Below, piece after piece: positions 50,061 to 63,118 of a stretch of DNA of 64,000 nucleotides. Made by a program: the position numbers and the translations under genes. Source of the DNA: Diadema antillarum (lineage: Eukaryota); contig NW_027271758.1 of NCBI RefSeq assembly GCF_040938485.1, positions 248,001-312,000 on the forward strand, in the 5' to 3' direction. The notes beneath the pieces were generated by a model. That model did no database searches, had not been told where the DNA came from, and saw only the letters and a list, made by a program, of their open reading frames with translations. The stretch's first letter is position 1, and every line of letters begins with the position of its first letter.

Positions 50061-51068
50061 CAATACGGTGAGATACATTTTGTTTGAAAATTTCGATAAA
50101 ATGTTGAAAATCAACAACCGTTGCCTATTCCATATTAGTATGTTTTATGTTCTACTTTTGGAAACATTTTTATAAGTAGTGGAAACAGTTCAGCTTGAAA
50201 AATGGAACAAATTTTGGGTAGGTATAGCCATGATAGAGCATCCACCAGCCATTTAAAAGGGCTAGCGTTAATAGGGCCCATAACTTGTGATACTCATGCA
50301 ATTAATTTACCTTTTTGGGAGCAGTGTTTTCAAAAATGTTCAAGATATCGCATTTGATTCATATGTGTAGGTCTGTTGGATCATAAAACATCCTAACATA
50401 TAACATTTTTGCAATACCTGGTACAGCCAAAATGTAAGGAGATATCAATCAGTGTTTTTCTCAATAAACCGTAACTGCATACGCTTTGCCTTTAGTCTGG
50501 AAACATTTATTTTACCTATATTTATATTTTGTGTATTCAACAACAATTGATATCAATTATAGTCTATACGGACTCAAATTTTTACAGTGGTTGTTTCTAT
50601 CCCTAATTCACATTTTAGAAATATTCCAAGGCACTGATGCTGGGTGTTTGTTTCATCTGCAAATAGTAGATTAATATGCCTTTAAAGAAACCTCTTCCCC
50701 ATGCCATGTTCGTAGCTCGAATCTGGTGAGGTTCCTTACGCATTCGTCAACAGGAAAGTGTATAAGATAGATTTTAAGTCGAAGTTGAAATTTAAGATTG
50801 TCTAAAATCATGGCATGCTCTGCGTGCCTTCAATGTTGTTCAACTTTCTAGTAAAAGTGAAAATTTTGGAGACATTTTTTCATGTAGGCATCAATAATCA
50901 ATAATACAAAGTACGGTAAATATGAATAACAACAGAATTTTCTGTAACTTTTAGGCCTACTGATAATTTGAATTGGGTGATAATTAGCCTAATGAAATTA
51001 AATGAGGAAACCAGTGGCAAGCCATAATTTTTAGTCAATCTTTAATTAACTTATTAAGTTCAACTTCG

Positions 51069-51452
51069 CAGAGCTACCAAGTCTCACACATTCTGCGTGA
51101 GACTCAAGCATTTAGGGCCTGTCTCACGATCTCACGCAGGGCACCTATTTTTCTCACGCATCGGGTGAACTGCGGTCTGCAATTTGTGCCAAACATAAAG
51201 GAGCATAGCTCAAAGGATTCAAGTGATAGTTGCAATTGAAGGTATATTTCCCTTTTGTCTTTCAAAATTAGTAAAAAATAGTCACTTAAGTATGCACCAG
51301 ATCGCATCATTAAGAGCTAATAATTCAAAAAAGCTCCCTACCATGATGGGAGGGGTGACACCCTCCTCGTTCGCATGCGCATGCGCGCGAGCGCCGAAAC
51401 GTCGAGTCATGAAAATCTCACTCATAAAAGTTTTTGGAACTTGGCATCTCTG
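51069..51452 (+). mobile_element. hAT-like MITE, second subfamily, 6-bp TSD; truncated relative at 60030-60283
   Basis: TIR CAGAGCTACCAAG / CTTGGCATCTCTG; flanks acttcg|...|acttcg. Confidence 0.82.
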
Positions 51453-52925
51453 ACTTCGTGAAACACAGTCAGAGGATGCTTGTGGCATCCCATTGCTGTT
51501 CACAATCCAATTGTCTAATGAGGTGGTTCTGTTGCCGCAGAGCAGGAGGGTAGGCAGGGGCAAACCAAATCTCACCTGCTTAAAATTAAACGGGCTATCA
51601 GAATCGTCAATACAGGCCCCCACCTTTTTTTTTTCATATCTTTGAACGGTCAGACACTGATTATGAAGTGCTCATGCCAGCATGGGTACAGCTCTGCAAT
51701 TTGGTGCATACCATGCATGTCTGCTATACAACTAATGTCATAGAGATCTGAGATCAAGGACTGATACCCTAGAATCTACTAAATTTAAGTACGTAACATT
51801 AGACGTAGGCCCTACAATCTAGAACTAGTTCTACTAACTATACTTGCATTTTAAATCCTCAGATGTAACCCATATTGTTGCCATCAGTCCTGGTACTGAT
51901 TGCATAAATGCAGTGCCATTAGATTCAGTGATGGATAATAATAATAATAAGTACAGCATTTGTAATGCGCCTTGGCTCCAGGGGAGGCTGCACTGAGTGC
52001 ACGCCCCCCCCCCCTTCTTTGTTTTTTTCTTGTTGAACTGAAAGAAATAAAAAGAAAAAAAAATAGGGGAGGGCTGCATTCCCCCCCCCCCCCTTTCATT
52101 TTGTAAATGTGCCCCCTTATTCGGTATTCCTGCATCCGCGTCATTGAAAATTTGACAGTCTAATTAGTATGACTTTTCAACGTTTTGGGACATTTAGATT
52201 GCTTTTGGTGTAGGTGTATGGAAGTGGGAGAATGTGATGCAACATATAAAAGGATCGAGGTGTAGACTAGAATGAATGATTTACAGAAAATTCCATTTAC
52301 CATACTTTTTTTAATGAAATTAGTATGTAGATCTATGACTTCCTTTGACCATTTTCTTGGTTTATGTATGACTCGCATTGTTGTTCCAATGCCTTCTGAA
52401 AGAGGTAATGGTAATACAATGCAATGGCTCTTTCTTAAAATGCACTAGCTTAGAAAATTAGAGTTTTGTTGATTTGTTGATTTGTTTTTGTATTTTTCTT
52501 TTTTAATATTGCTGTAACCATGCCACACATGTCAATATAAACTTCTTTTTAAATATCCAGAGATGTTGGCACCAAAACGTTAAAAATGTATTTCTACTTC
52601 TAAATGAAAGTAGGACAAACATAGGACCTACTTTGTCTGTTTAGTTGAACTTTTGTATTCGCTTCCATTGTTTTTGCTGCCAAACTTTTTTTTTCTTTTT
52701 TTTTCTTTGCGGGTTTCAGCCACAGTACCTCCCACATGCTCAGCCTATTGCTATTTCGCTCATGTGTTTTAATGATTTGCTGCATTTGTTCAATCCACAT
52801 ACTATTTGAGTTTCATTCCCCTTTCACATCTTAATAAGTAATGACGCAATTCAGCTGCATGGCCTGACAAAAAAGGTATGCACTCACAGCATGTTGAGCA
52901 TTTATTGCCAAAATTTTGTTCATGG

Positions 52926-53316
52926 TTAAAGGGTGTGTACAGTTCTGGTCGAGGTGAAGATTTAGCTTTTAACGTTTTGTGAGATATTCAGAAACCACTC
53001 TATGAGATGTCAAAGAGCATGCAGTTCTAAGGGGTATCAAAAGTTTATTCGATGGAAATCGTTTTTGGAATGGCTGAGATATCCAAAAACAAGGTAAAAC
53101 AAAGAGATACTAATAAAGTTGGGGCATGTCGCCTTTTATTATTAGCACTTTTTTGGATATCTCAGCCATTAGAAAACCAATTTTCATCAAATAAACGTTG
53201 AATCCTTCTTAAAATTACATGCTTTTTCATATTTCATAAGAGGCTTTTCATTATCTCACTTAGGAATTTTCAAAACATGAATCCCTACCTCAACCAGTAC
53301 CGTACAGTCCCTTTAA
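52926..53316 (-). mobile_element. Same TTAA MITE family, copy D (complete, TTAA both sides); partial copies at 8941-9115 and 45320-45650
   Basis: ttaaagggtgtgtacagttctggtcgaggtg ... cctcaaccagtaccgtacagtccctttaa. Confidence 0.88.
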
Positions 53317-54119
53317 GTTTTATGACTGACGTGAACAAGATCAAAAGATTTTTAGAGACCTCTTTTTATGTCATCCATATAGAATTTTGTTCAGTACCGG
53401 TACTCTTATTTCATAAAGGTACAAAGATGCAGTTATATTAATAGTATGTAGGGCCAGGTCATGTGGTAACCAGGTGCAGTTGCCAACGGCGAGCTAACAC
53501 AAAGAGAAAAAAAAGAATATCTTACCCAGTACAACATTAGCTAATTACCAGTAGCTTCAATCTCATTTGGTGCTTCATATCATTGACTAACATTTAACAC
53601 ATTCTGTTTTGTTTTGTTTTGTTGTTGTTTTTTGTGGTGGGGTGTTTTTGTATGTTTTTTTTTTTTGACATTAGAGAAATGATTGCATGTCTGCAACTTA
53701 CAATCTTTTGTGCATAATGCTTTGAGCTGTGATATGTTTTCCTCGTTTGATGTGGCATTTGGTTTACTTTGTGTGGGCGTGTTATGTGAGCAATTTTTCT
53801 TCTTTTTTTTTCCATGTGGGGTGTGTTTCTTTTCTTCTTTTTTTTTGGGGGGGGGGGGGGGAGGGGGTTGAAAGTCCTCCTGTCATATCTCTTACAGAAA
53901 ATCATCTGCACCATTTTTACCTTAAAACTGTGGTCATGCTGTTTTGTAATTCTTCTTTTCATGTTGAGCATATTGTAGCATAGAACTTTGTTGTTGATAT
54001 TTATCCTTTTGTTATTAACCCTCATGATTTGTCTTTCTCAATGTTTATGAAGCTTTTTGATCGCACAACTCCGATTGTGATATCTTTGCAGTTGTATTTG
54101 ATTAGTAATGACTATGTTG

Positions 54120-54400
54120 GTTAAATTATTATTATTATTATCATTATTATTATTTCTACTACTATTATTTATAGTGCGCTTTTCCCACAAGGCCCAAAGC
54201 GCTTACAATCAATTCAAAACATGTACGACAGTATGTAAAATAATGGATAAATGTTACAGCTAAGAACTAGTTGCTACTGAAAAGATGTGTTTTCAAGGCT
54301 TTTTTGAACACACTGACTGATGGAGACTGTCTAACGGTAAGTGGTAAATTGTTCCAGTGCTTTGAAGCAGACACAGTAAATGTCCTAAATGTGACATTTA
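54120..54400 (-). mobile_element. 3' end of L2 LINE with (TAA)n tail
   Basis: Minus strand RTFTVSASKHWNNLPLTVRQSPSVSVFKKALKTHLF*, then aagcgctttgggcc...aagcgcactataaa and tail. Confidence 0.82.
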
Positions 54401-54409
54401 TTTTGTTAA

Positions 54410-54440
<31 letters not shown>

Positions 54441-54846
54441 CTTTCAGCTGTCATGGAGTCTAATGAGGTCATATTTGGATTTTACAGAAAATACACTAAG
54501 AGCCACATGCTAGAAAAAGTAGTTCTAAAATAATAATTATAGTACTCCCTCACACATACACACACACACAAATTGCCTAAGTGGACATGTTGTTGTTTTG
54601 AAATTTTCCACATTACTACATGCATGTGCTAATTTTTCTATCATTTCATGAATCACGACTGTGTACATGTATGGAGACCGGTTTTCTCCCTTTGATGTAC
54701 ATGTATCTCTCACAGGTAATATCACACTGTTTACTTTTGACTTTTATATGTATTGCACTGTGTTGTCATGGTACTATAGGGGAATCATGTGAAAACAATA
54801 TGGAAATATGTAGGTTGCAGCTACTAGTATATCAACATTTGTTGTC

Positions 54847-55406
54847 TTAAAGGACAAGTCCACCTTCATATACATAAGGATTCAAAAAGTGCAGCATTAT
54901 TAGTAGAACACAGGAGGAAAATTGGACAATCCGTTCAAAAGTTACGAATATTTTAAGTATCTGCGCAGTCACTGCTGGAAGAGAAGACTACTACAGTGTA
55001 TGATGTCACATGCGTACAACTATATAAGGAAAATAAAAAGAGAATTTCACAAAACTTTACTTTTTGAATAAAGTGCACATTTCTTCGACTAGCTACTGAC
55101 GTATGTTAAGGGTAATATTATTCCTCCTGCCTTCAGAAAGAGAGAAGTCAAGTGTTCTTTTGTTATGCGAGAAAAATAGAAATACTGTATGTTGAATTTT
55201 CTTTATTCTTTCTTTATATCGTTGTACTCATGTGACATCACAAGCTATAGCAGTCTTTTCATCCAGCTGTGACTGAGCAGAAACTTCAAAAATTCATAAC
55301 TTTTTAACGGATTGTCCGATTTTGCTCAAACTCTCACTGATGTGTTCTACTAATATTGCTGCATTCACTCAACCCACATGTCTATGAAGGTGAACTTGTC
55401 CTTTAA
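54847..55406. mobile_element. 560-bp TTAA MITE of a second family
   Basis: TIRs ttaaaggacaagtccaccttcata / tatgaaggtgaacttgtcctttaa. Confidence 0.82.
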
Positions 55407-56032
55407 AAACTTGAGTCTTTGTCGGTGTTGGCAATAATTAGACATCATAGAAGGTTTTTGTTTTATGGTGTACAGCATGCATTTTTTTCTCAGTTACGCC
55501 CATTCTTCACACCTCAGCACCAAGTACTCGTACTTCTTTTCATCATTCACCCTCAAGACTGTATGCATGAAATATATTCTCTTCAGACTCACATTTAAAA
55601 GACAAATCACACGACAACAAACAAGGAAAATCACACTCCAATAGTCAAGTTAATCAGAGTAGAATTGCAATCAATTCATCGATTTAATGAATGATATACA
55701 TAAACAGGGACTCTCACTTTTAAAGTGAAGTATCACAGACAAATGTATTGCACATAAGTTATTTATATGCCAATGTGTTTAGACGACACCTAATCACGAA
55801 TATTTCTGTGAAACTGTACCATGTCATCTCTCTGGCTGTCACTCATGCTGTCATATCGGTTTGACAGATTTATAACAAAAACAAAAATGAAAATGTGAAC
55901 TCTGGACAGAGCTCAGAAATTGCAATGTGTCACATGTCACAGGAGGGAACAACCCTTTTACTGTATTGCACGAAAGAAGGACTCATCAAAGTCTATAAGT
56001 CTGGAAGTGTTCAGTGTTACTAGGCAGGCCCC

Positions 56033-56407
56033 TCAGACAGTGCCCCGTGGTGCAGCTCCGTAGAGGTGGGAACATCTCCGAAGCAGCTGTGATGCGGTGA
56101 CATTTCCTTGGTCGAAGTCATCCCAGTGCCGGAACAGACGTCCTTGAGCCGTTGTCGCTGCCCTCCTCTGGCGCTTTGTGAGCTTCTGCAGGCTGATGAG
56201 ACGCCTTGTCATGTCCACCAGGTCTGCCTCCCGTTTCAGAAGAGCCATCAGTGCATACACACCGAGTGCCTTTCCTGCTGCCCTCCCGTTGAGCCGATGA
56301 TGCCAACCCTCCACGTCATTGTTCGTCCTCACCGCTCTGCCGTAGACAGACCAAGATGCAGCCGGGAACGAGCCATCCAGCCATGTGTCTTGGATGTACT
56401 CGTAGAC
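56033..56407 (-). CDS. MULE (Mutator-like) transposase, terminal exon with catalytic Glu
   Basis: VYEYIQDTWLDGSFPAASWSVYGRAVRTNNDVEGWHHRLN...SQLLRRCSHLYG...*; cattacAG acceptor; 375 nt open. Confidence 0.9.
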   Translation of the reverse strand, partial: VYEYIQDTWLDGSFPAASWSVYGRAVRTNNDVEGWHHRLNGRAAGKALGVYALMALLKREADLVDMTRRLISLQKLTKRQRRAATTAQGRLFRHWDDFDQGNVTASQLLRRCSHLYGAAPRGTV

Positions 56408-57739
56408 CTGTAATGAAAAGATTAATGATCGGATAAAGACTTATTTTTTTGTGCTGAGTGCTCTCATTGTACCTTGTCCCATATGTACCTCCACATCCCC
56501 TCCAGTGGCAGATCCAGAGGGGGCACACGGGGTGCCTTCCCCCACTTTATATATATTTTTCTTTTATCAAAAGAAACTGGAACTATCACTCGATTAATAC
56601 CCCTACCAAACACTGAAGGAGTTGACTTAACTTGCAATGTTTACTCTGTTTCCAATGCTTCTTATCAAAAAACTAAAGCAGTAAATCCCCGGCAATGCTT
56701 TTTTTTTCAACATTGAACAAATGTATATTTTGTTTGACAAAAGTCATATTTGCCATCTCCAGTCAAGTGTTCAAAACCTGAGTGAGTAAGGTATGTAACT
56801 TGGCAACTTCTATAATTTCCAAATTTCCAAATATACTGCTTCCATGGCAATGCATTGTTCACCAATCATGAAAGATTGTGTATCTTTGTACTCTAGCGGT
56901 CGCATGTGGCAAATTTCAAGTCACATGCTCAAAGACTGAGGGACTTAACTGAATCCACAGTATTTTTTGTATGATTTTCATTCAAAATATGCTGTTTACA
57001 CGGCAACACATTGTCCAACAATGACATCAAAATAAATTTGCACATGTACATACTATAGCAGTCACATCTACCAAATTGTAAGCCAAATGCTCATACTCGG
57101 GGAGTTAGCTAAACCCACAGTATATTTGTATGATTTTCATTCCAAATATGCTGTTACCATGGCAACACGTTGCTCAACAGTGATTAAAGTTGGAAGTTTG
57201 CTCATCTTTACTAAAGTGGTCATATGTGCTAAATTCCAAGCAAAATGCTCAAAGCTTTTACGAGAATATGGCATTGCCATGGCAACGCGTGATGAATTAC
57301 TAAATGAAACAGGTGTAATAAAAATCTTCCTTTGATAGCGGGCAAGCATGCCAAATTTGGGGTCAATTGCTAAAAAAAGTGGAGAGTAATTCGATCCAAA
57401 ACAGTTTTCTAAGATTTAGAAAAAAAAATGACATTGCCATGACATCATTGCAAATTTAGACTTTGCAAAATGTTGTTTTTTGGAAAAAATTTTATATGGT
57501 GATAAGTTTTGTGGTACAAATTGGCAAAGTACATGTGATTATGGTTGTGCTTTTTTGTTGTTATTATGGTCTTTGTTTTTATGTTATATAGGCATGAAAC
57601 ATTAGATTCAACAGATTTTTTTTTTTCAGATTTTTCCTCACAAACACAAAAGGCTTTTCATAGAAATCCACTACATATCTTCAAACATACCAAATGTTAC
57701 CTTAATATCGTAAATGCTTATAAAGTTTCCAAACAGAAA

Positions 57740-58790
57740 AGTCTATTTCTTTTTCAGAAAAATGCAATAGCCATTGCAATATTGTATATAGTACAAACAT
57801 AAAGAGTGTTTATTGGATACAGTTAAACTACACCAGACATCAAGCTGGGGACACCAATCAGGCACAATTAATCATTTAAATTGCCATTTGAATGCATGCA
57901 AAGCAAGAATGCCAGTTTATTGGAGGAAGTGTGCCAAACTTTGTCATCTGTCACACTGAGTACTTATGAAAAATTTGCAGTGCAATTTGGTTGATTTTAT
58001 TGAAAAGAAATCAATGTTTCAGAACCGTGTCACATTTTCCGTTTTCATATTTCACATTTTCTTTTTTTTTCCTTTTTCTTTTTTTTTTTGTGCCATACAT
58101 GTGTGCCTCCCTTGTGCCTGCGGATTGAGCTTAAAAACTTAACTTGGTAAAGGCAGTTAGTGTATCTTTTGCATGTATTTGAACACCTGAGTTGTTAGTC
58201 TGTATATGACACATTGAAATCCTGAAAACATCACTTTCATTACCTCATTCAGTCTGGCAGTGTTGTTACGCTGCTGTAACTGCTGGAACGCAGAAGGGAT
58301 CTGGTTCGCAGGCAGGAAAGGGAGGGCCATGATCTCCTTCAGCAGTTGTTGCATCTCCTCATCCCGTGTGTAGGCATCTGCGAGGCCCACTCTTTGCAGC
58401 TTCCGCCATACCGCTTGCTTCCAATGGAACACACAGCCCAGGATGCGAATCTGCAGATGTGACAAGTACAAGTTGTATATGGTTATTATTATCTCACTCA
58501 CTCTTATTTATTTCTGATGTCCTTTCAAACAGAATGTCTTCTTTTTTTTTCAGAAAAATGCAATAACCATGGCAATGTTGTATTGAGTACAAACATAAAG
58601 GGTGTACTGGATATATTTAAGCTACACCAGACATCAAGTTGTGGACACCAATCAAGCAAAATTAATCATTTAAATTGTCATTTGAATACATGCAAAGCAA
58701 GAATGCCTGTTTATTGGAGGAAGTGTGCCAAAATTTTTTATCTGTCACACTGAGTAGCTATGAAAACTTTGCCATGGCACATACAGCATG
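57740..58790. repeat. About 250-bp direct repeats (57740-57990 and 58520-58790) flanking the CxFH exon
   Basis: Both contain cagaaaaatgcaata.ccat.gcaat, ctacaccagacatcaag, aagcaagaatgcc.gtttattggaggaagtgtgccaaa, tctgtcacactgagta. Confidence 0.85.
58244..58450 (-). CDS. MULE transposase exon with CxFH motif
   Basis: IRILGCVFHWKQAVWRKLQRVGL...IMALPFLP; ctgcAG / GTAATG; 207 nt, phase 0 to 0. Confidence 0.9.
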
Positions 58791-59139
58791 CTATTAGCAT
58801 GAATACACAGATAGCTGCTAAAAGAGTTCCATCATATAGCAGTTCAAATCTAACAATAAGTCCTGGATACTGTTTTATGAAGAGTTAAAATAATTTAGAT
58901 AGTTGATTTCAATTGTAAGTCTATGGCAGCCTGTGTGGGAAGAAAATTTTAAATTATTTTATCATTTGATAAAATGGGGCCCTGGGCAGTCATGTTTCGT
59001 GTCTTCTTATCAGTTAACCTGGGAGATATATGTAGACAGTATCACTTGTGATCTCATTGAGACTAGAAAAAGTTATGAGTTTTCGTGAGGCTAATTCAGA
59101 TATTGATAACTTTATTAGAACAAAGGAGTTTTTCATTAC

Positions 59140-59373
59140 CCCTGGAAACACTCTTGGCAGGGCCTTCCAGATGGCCTTCTCGAAGTCCACCACGACCTCC
59201 CTGACGCTCGGTGGCTGTGGCATAGCCTCCTTCAGTGCACGAAGTGCCGCGATGTATTCTCCCGACCGCTTACCACACATCAAGATATACGCTAAAGGCA
59301 CCTGCTTGCAGCAGGTCCCTTCCTTCACGAATGCGTGCACCGTGAGCAGCTGGTACATCGGTTGTCTGACGAC
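59140..59373 (-). CDS. MULE transposase exon with second catalytic Asp
   Basis: VVRQPMYQLLTVHAFVK...KQVPLAYILMCGKR...VVVDFEKAIWKALPRVFPG; long pyrimidine tract plus ccAG, GTAATG donor; 234 nt. Confidence 0.9.
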
Positions 59374-62204
59374 CTGGAGTGGGAAGGATGGAGAAGGAGA
59401 ACAAGATAGAGAAGAAGGAAAGAAATGTGATTACATTCTGGTCCTCTGGAAGTAGATCATCGTCACTGGGTGATATATTTGCAGGTTTGCTATGCTTTAA
59501 TTAGACTTGACCAAGGCTAAATACATTTGTGTGTGATTGATATGCTATTGATTATTTATACACATGAGTATAGCAGACAGCCAGTTGCATGCTGTCTAAA
59601 AAGGGAACTACAAAATGTTTATTGAATCATGTTAATGATTGACTGACATGGACAGCACTGCTTTCTTTGTTATACAAAATGATTATGAGTAGGTGTGTTT
59701 CATGCATTCAATGAATAGGTAATCCTGTTCAAAAGACAAATTTAACAGTGAAATGTAGGGGGCCATCAGCGTGAGCATATGTTTGATGAGGATAATGGCC
59801 TCAAACGTCAACATGATGTTACACAATGATTAGTGTTTGCCAGCAACACTCAACTTGAAAGAGTATGTAAGCTCAATATATGCAGTGTTAGGCCTAATGT
59901 ACACCTATTTCTTTCATGTGCACCTTGACTCCAATATGGCAATGTCTTCTCAAATTGCAGCGTAGACATTTTTATTATGAGTTATAATTAGTTATATCAT
60001 TTTGAGTTATTTTGGGCCTATAATAAGGCGCATAGCTCAAAAGATTAGAGTGATAGTTGCAATTGAAGGTAGATTATTTTCCTTTTGTCTTTCAAAATAA
60101 GTACAGAGATATATGCACCTGATCGCACCACTACGAGCTAAGAATTGAAAAAGCTCCTTACCGTGGGAGGCCACAGGGGGGAAAAACCCCTCCCACACCC
60201 TCGCTCGCGTGCACATTCGCTCGCCGAGATGCCGAGTCATGAAAATCTCACTCATAAAATTTTTTTTGAACTTGGCATCCCTGCGTGTGTGGGGGGGGGG
60301 GGGGGGGCACTTGTGTGTATGTTAACTCCTGAATGTTACAGAATACATACATGAATGACTTGGAAATCACGCTGGATAGATGGACTTTCTGCTGATGTTG
60401 ACGTCTTACAAATTTATTTGTTGTTAATGTGTCCAGCAAATTTTGTTTCGATTATCCCAAATTACACGTTGGAAATGCACTGTTATCATGGCAATGTATT
60501 TTTCGTCTCTCTTGGCAAATGGGGATTGCACAAGTGTAAATTGAACTCTACAGCAAAATCTTGTCCTGCAAACTTGCAAGTACTTCCAATCTTTTATTTT
60601 GAAGGCATGTTACAAACATTAGATTATGAAATATGAAATATGATAAAATATCGTGTCTGCAATTATTATGAGTGCAAATATTCCTCAGAATCAGAAAATG
60701 AGTAGTCATATCTGCAAGTAAATGTAGTTTCATGCACAAATCTTACCCTTGATTTTGCGAGTCGCAATCTTCTATTGCCATGAAAACATACTTTCTGAAC
60801 CGGTTGCTATGAGCTGCATTCAAAACTTCTTATCTGGTTATCCATGTGTGCCAGTATTCTTGTGACTTGCTTGAAAACGAGCGGTGTGACCATGAAAATC
60901 TGGGAGAATAGATAGGTTCCCAAACCATACATCTGATATTGCTGGTAATAACACACTATTCCCATGGTTTCACAGCTTCCGAAATTGTTGGAAAGTGTGC
61001 TTTACTACATCCGTAAAGATTATTTGTCCATCGTACAGCTGTTAACTTGAAGAAATTTGTCAAATTTGTTAGAACAAATGCAAAAGTGAACCAATACCTG
61101 TAGATTATTCTGCAAGCATTTTTCTTGATTTTGAGGGCCACAATGTGATATAACCAAGGAAACACATTTCCCAATAACATTGACAAACATGCCTAGCACA
61201 ACTTTGCATTTTCTCCCATACACTGTGTATGCAAATATTTTTGAACATATAAACTGGAGAAGAGGTTGGATGTGTTGGGCCTTTCAAATGGTATTGAAGA
61301 CCTCAATGTGCAGCTACCTTTCCAATAATCTTGAGAAATGAATCCAGAAGAAAAAAGAGCTCCTATAAGATTCAATGTCAAGCAATAAACCTATAAATTA
61401 CTGAAAAGCTGGAGTAATTTTCATGCACGAGAATATTGAACAATATCCACTACCAAATTTTCAGATTATGATGGTCAAAATTTATTATTTCCCTTGCAGT
61501 GTGGCATGATTCAGAACACGCTGTGTGCAATCTTACATTCACCTTGAACCAGATGACAAACTTTGTTTTGATGGCTTGTAGACTGGAGTAGTTTTGATCA
61601 GCATGCCTTCTACTTGACATTTATCATGTGAAGAGAATAAGTTTGTATTGGTTTAAAAACTGATTATGAGAGTACTGATGGTACCAGTCTCATGTGCCCA
61701 GTTTCTGAAGGTTGATTGCTCAAATACCAAGATTAATTTGAATTCACAAGATTTACAACAAAGTGACAGTCCAACCACTAGACTCAGAGCAAATCTTGCA
61801 TATCCCCTTACACAGTTTTTGTGGAAGGGATATGCAAGAGTGGTTTCTCATGAAATTTTGTCACAAATCACAGTGGTAACAAATGCGGTTATAATGAAAT
61901 TCTGGTTATAACAAAGTGAAAATTCAGACCATAACAATATCCAATTTTTGCATCTTTATTGTTTAATTATTCATTAATAATAACACATAAATATGAAAGG
62001 AGATAACTACCAGTCTCAAGAACTTCATTATAATGGGAGTCCACTGTTATACTGATTCAAATGTGGTTCACATATTCATCAATTGGTTTGCATATCAGTG
62101 TTGATCTGCTTGGGAAATAGTCCAGTGACAACTGCACAGTTATGTCGAGTCTGCAGTGGAGTGAGACTGACTTTTTTCTCCCACATCCTCCCTTCTTCCC
62201 ACAG

Positions 62205-62281
62205 GAGTCACACTTGGGGAATATAGGCGAGCAGTGTCACATGGCATCGACTGGAACTGCGATGGCTGTCTTGCTGACCAG
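62205..62281 (+). CDS. PHD-finger C-terminal half exon of a PHD-FLYWCH-MULE transposase
   Basis: (G)VTLGEYRRAVSHGIDWNCDGCLADQ (WxCxxC); strong pyrimidine tract plus cacAG, GTACTT donor; 77 nt, phase 1 to 0. Confidence 0.72.
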
Positions 62282-62780
62282 GTACTTGTCTTGAAGTGTG
62301 ACACATTCACATCGTTAAAGATTATGTTGTGTATTGAGCCCTTTATTGGAGACAACTGAGAATCGATGAGAATGAAGGATGGAAGTAGGGCCAGAATGCA
62401 TTGGGATGATACTGTGACTAAAATGCTGCATTTGATGTTTTCATATCATTGGTGGTACTTTTAAAAGCCTTTCTATATGAGTGTGGGACACATTTCCTCA
62501 TGAAGTGTTTGAACATGACCAACAACTCCTATTCAAAACATTGTTTCAGGGACTTGCAATGTGACTGCCTAATCATTTGTCATGTGAAGTTAGCGATGGT
62601 TGCCACACAACTACCCAAACAAATCTAAAACTTGTGAACAGTGAGCAAAGACACAAGTATGGAAAAGAAGCAAACAAACACAGAAATTAAAAAAGAAACA
62701 CATAAACAGATATGATATGCATGGTTTGTCATTTTTCTGAACCCCCCCCCCCACACTTGCTCTCTGTCCTATCTCTTTAG

Positions 62781-63118
62781 CCCCAGCCTGTTGGAGAGAG
62801 TACGAGGATCTCTGAAGCCGTGGATGACGACATTGAGCAGCAATCAGCCCTGAGGGACGAGACGTCGGTGCATCAGGCGGATGCAGTTCCCCAGGAGCCT
62901 GACGGAGCAGAGACGTCTGCTGAGCACGACGACGAGAGTGACGGCAACAGTACCAGTGACCACATGGAGGAGGAATCCTCATCTGATGTCGACGAGCCTG
63001 AGCCTGTTACGTACCAGGAGATCAGGAGAGGGTCTCAACGGGGACATCACAAGCTGGTTGACAGCCGAGGATACACCTACGGAGTCAGGAGCAGAGGACA
63101 GAACAGCATAATATGGAG
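62781..63118 (+). CDS. Acidic linker plus FLYWCH N-half exon
   Basis: PQPVGES...EEESSSDVDEPEPVTYQEIRRGSQRGHHKLVDSRGYTYGVRSRGQNSIIW(R); tttAG / GTAAC; 338 nt. Confidence 0.88.

Noticed and set aside
59435-59465. 31-nt candidate micro-exon (DDDLLPEDQN) just upstream of the VVRQP exon
   Set aside because: Does not encode the required DGTFK motif and would leave only a 61-nt intron; more likely part of the pyrimidine tract region.
60600-61400. Possible decayed coding sequence between the two MULE halves
   Set aside because: All six frames are interrupted and I could not match any motif convincingly; not the missing PHD or DGTFK exon.
520-62760. Numerous poly-G/poly-C runs (G-quadruplex potential)
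   Set aside because: Scattered throughout without positional pattern; a general property of this genome and partly MITE-derived.
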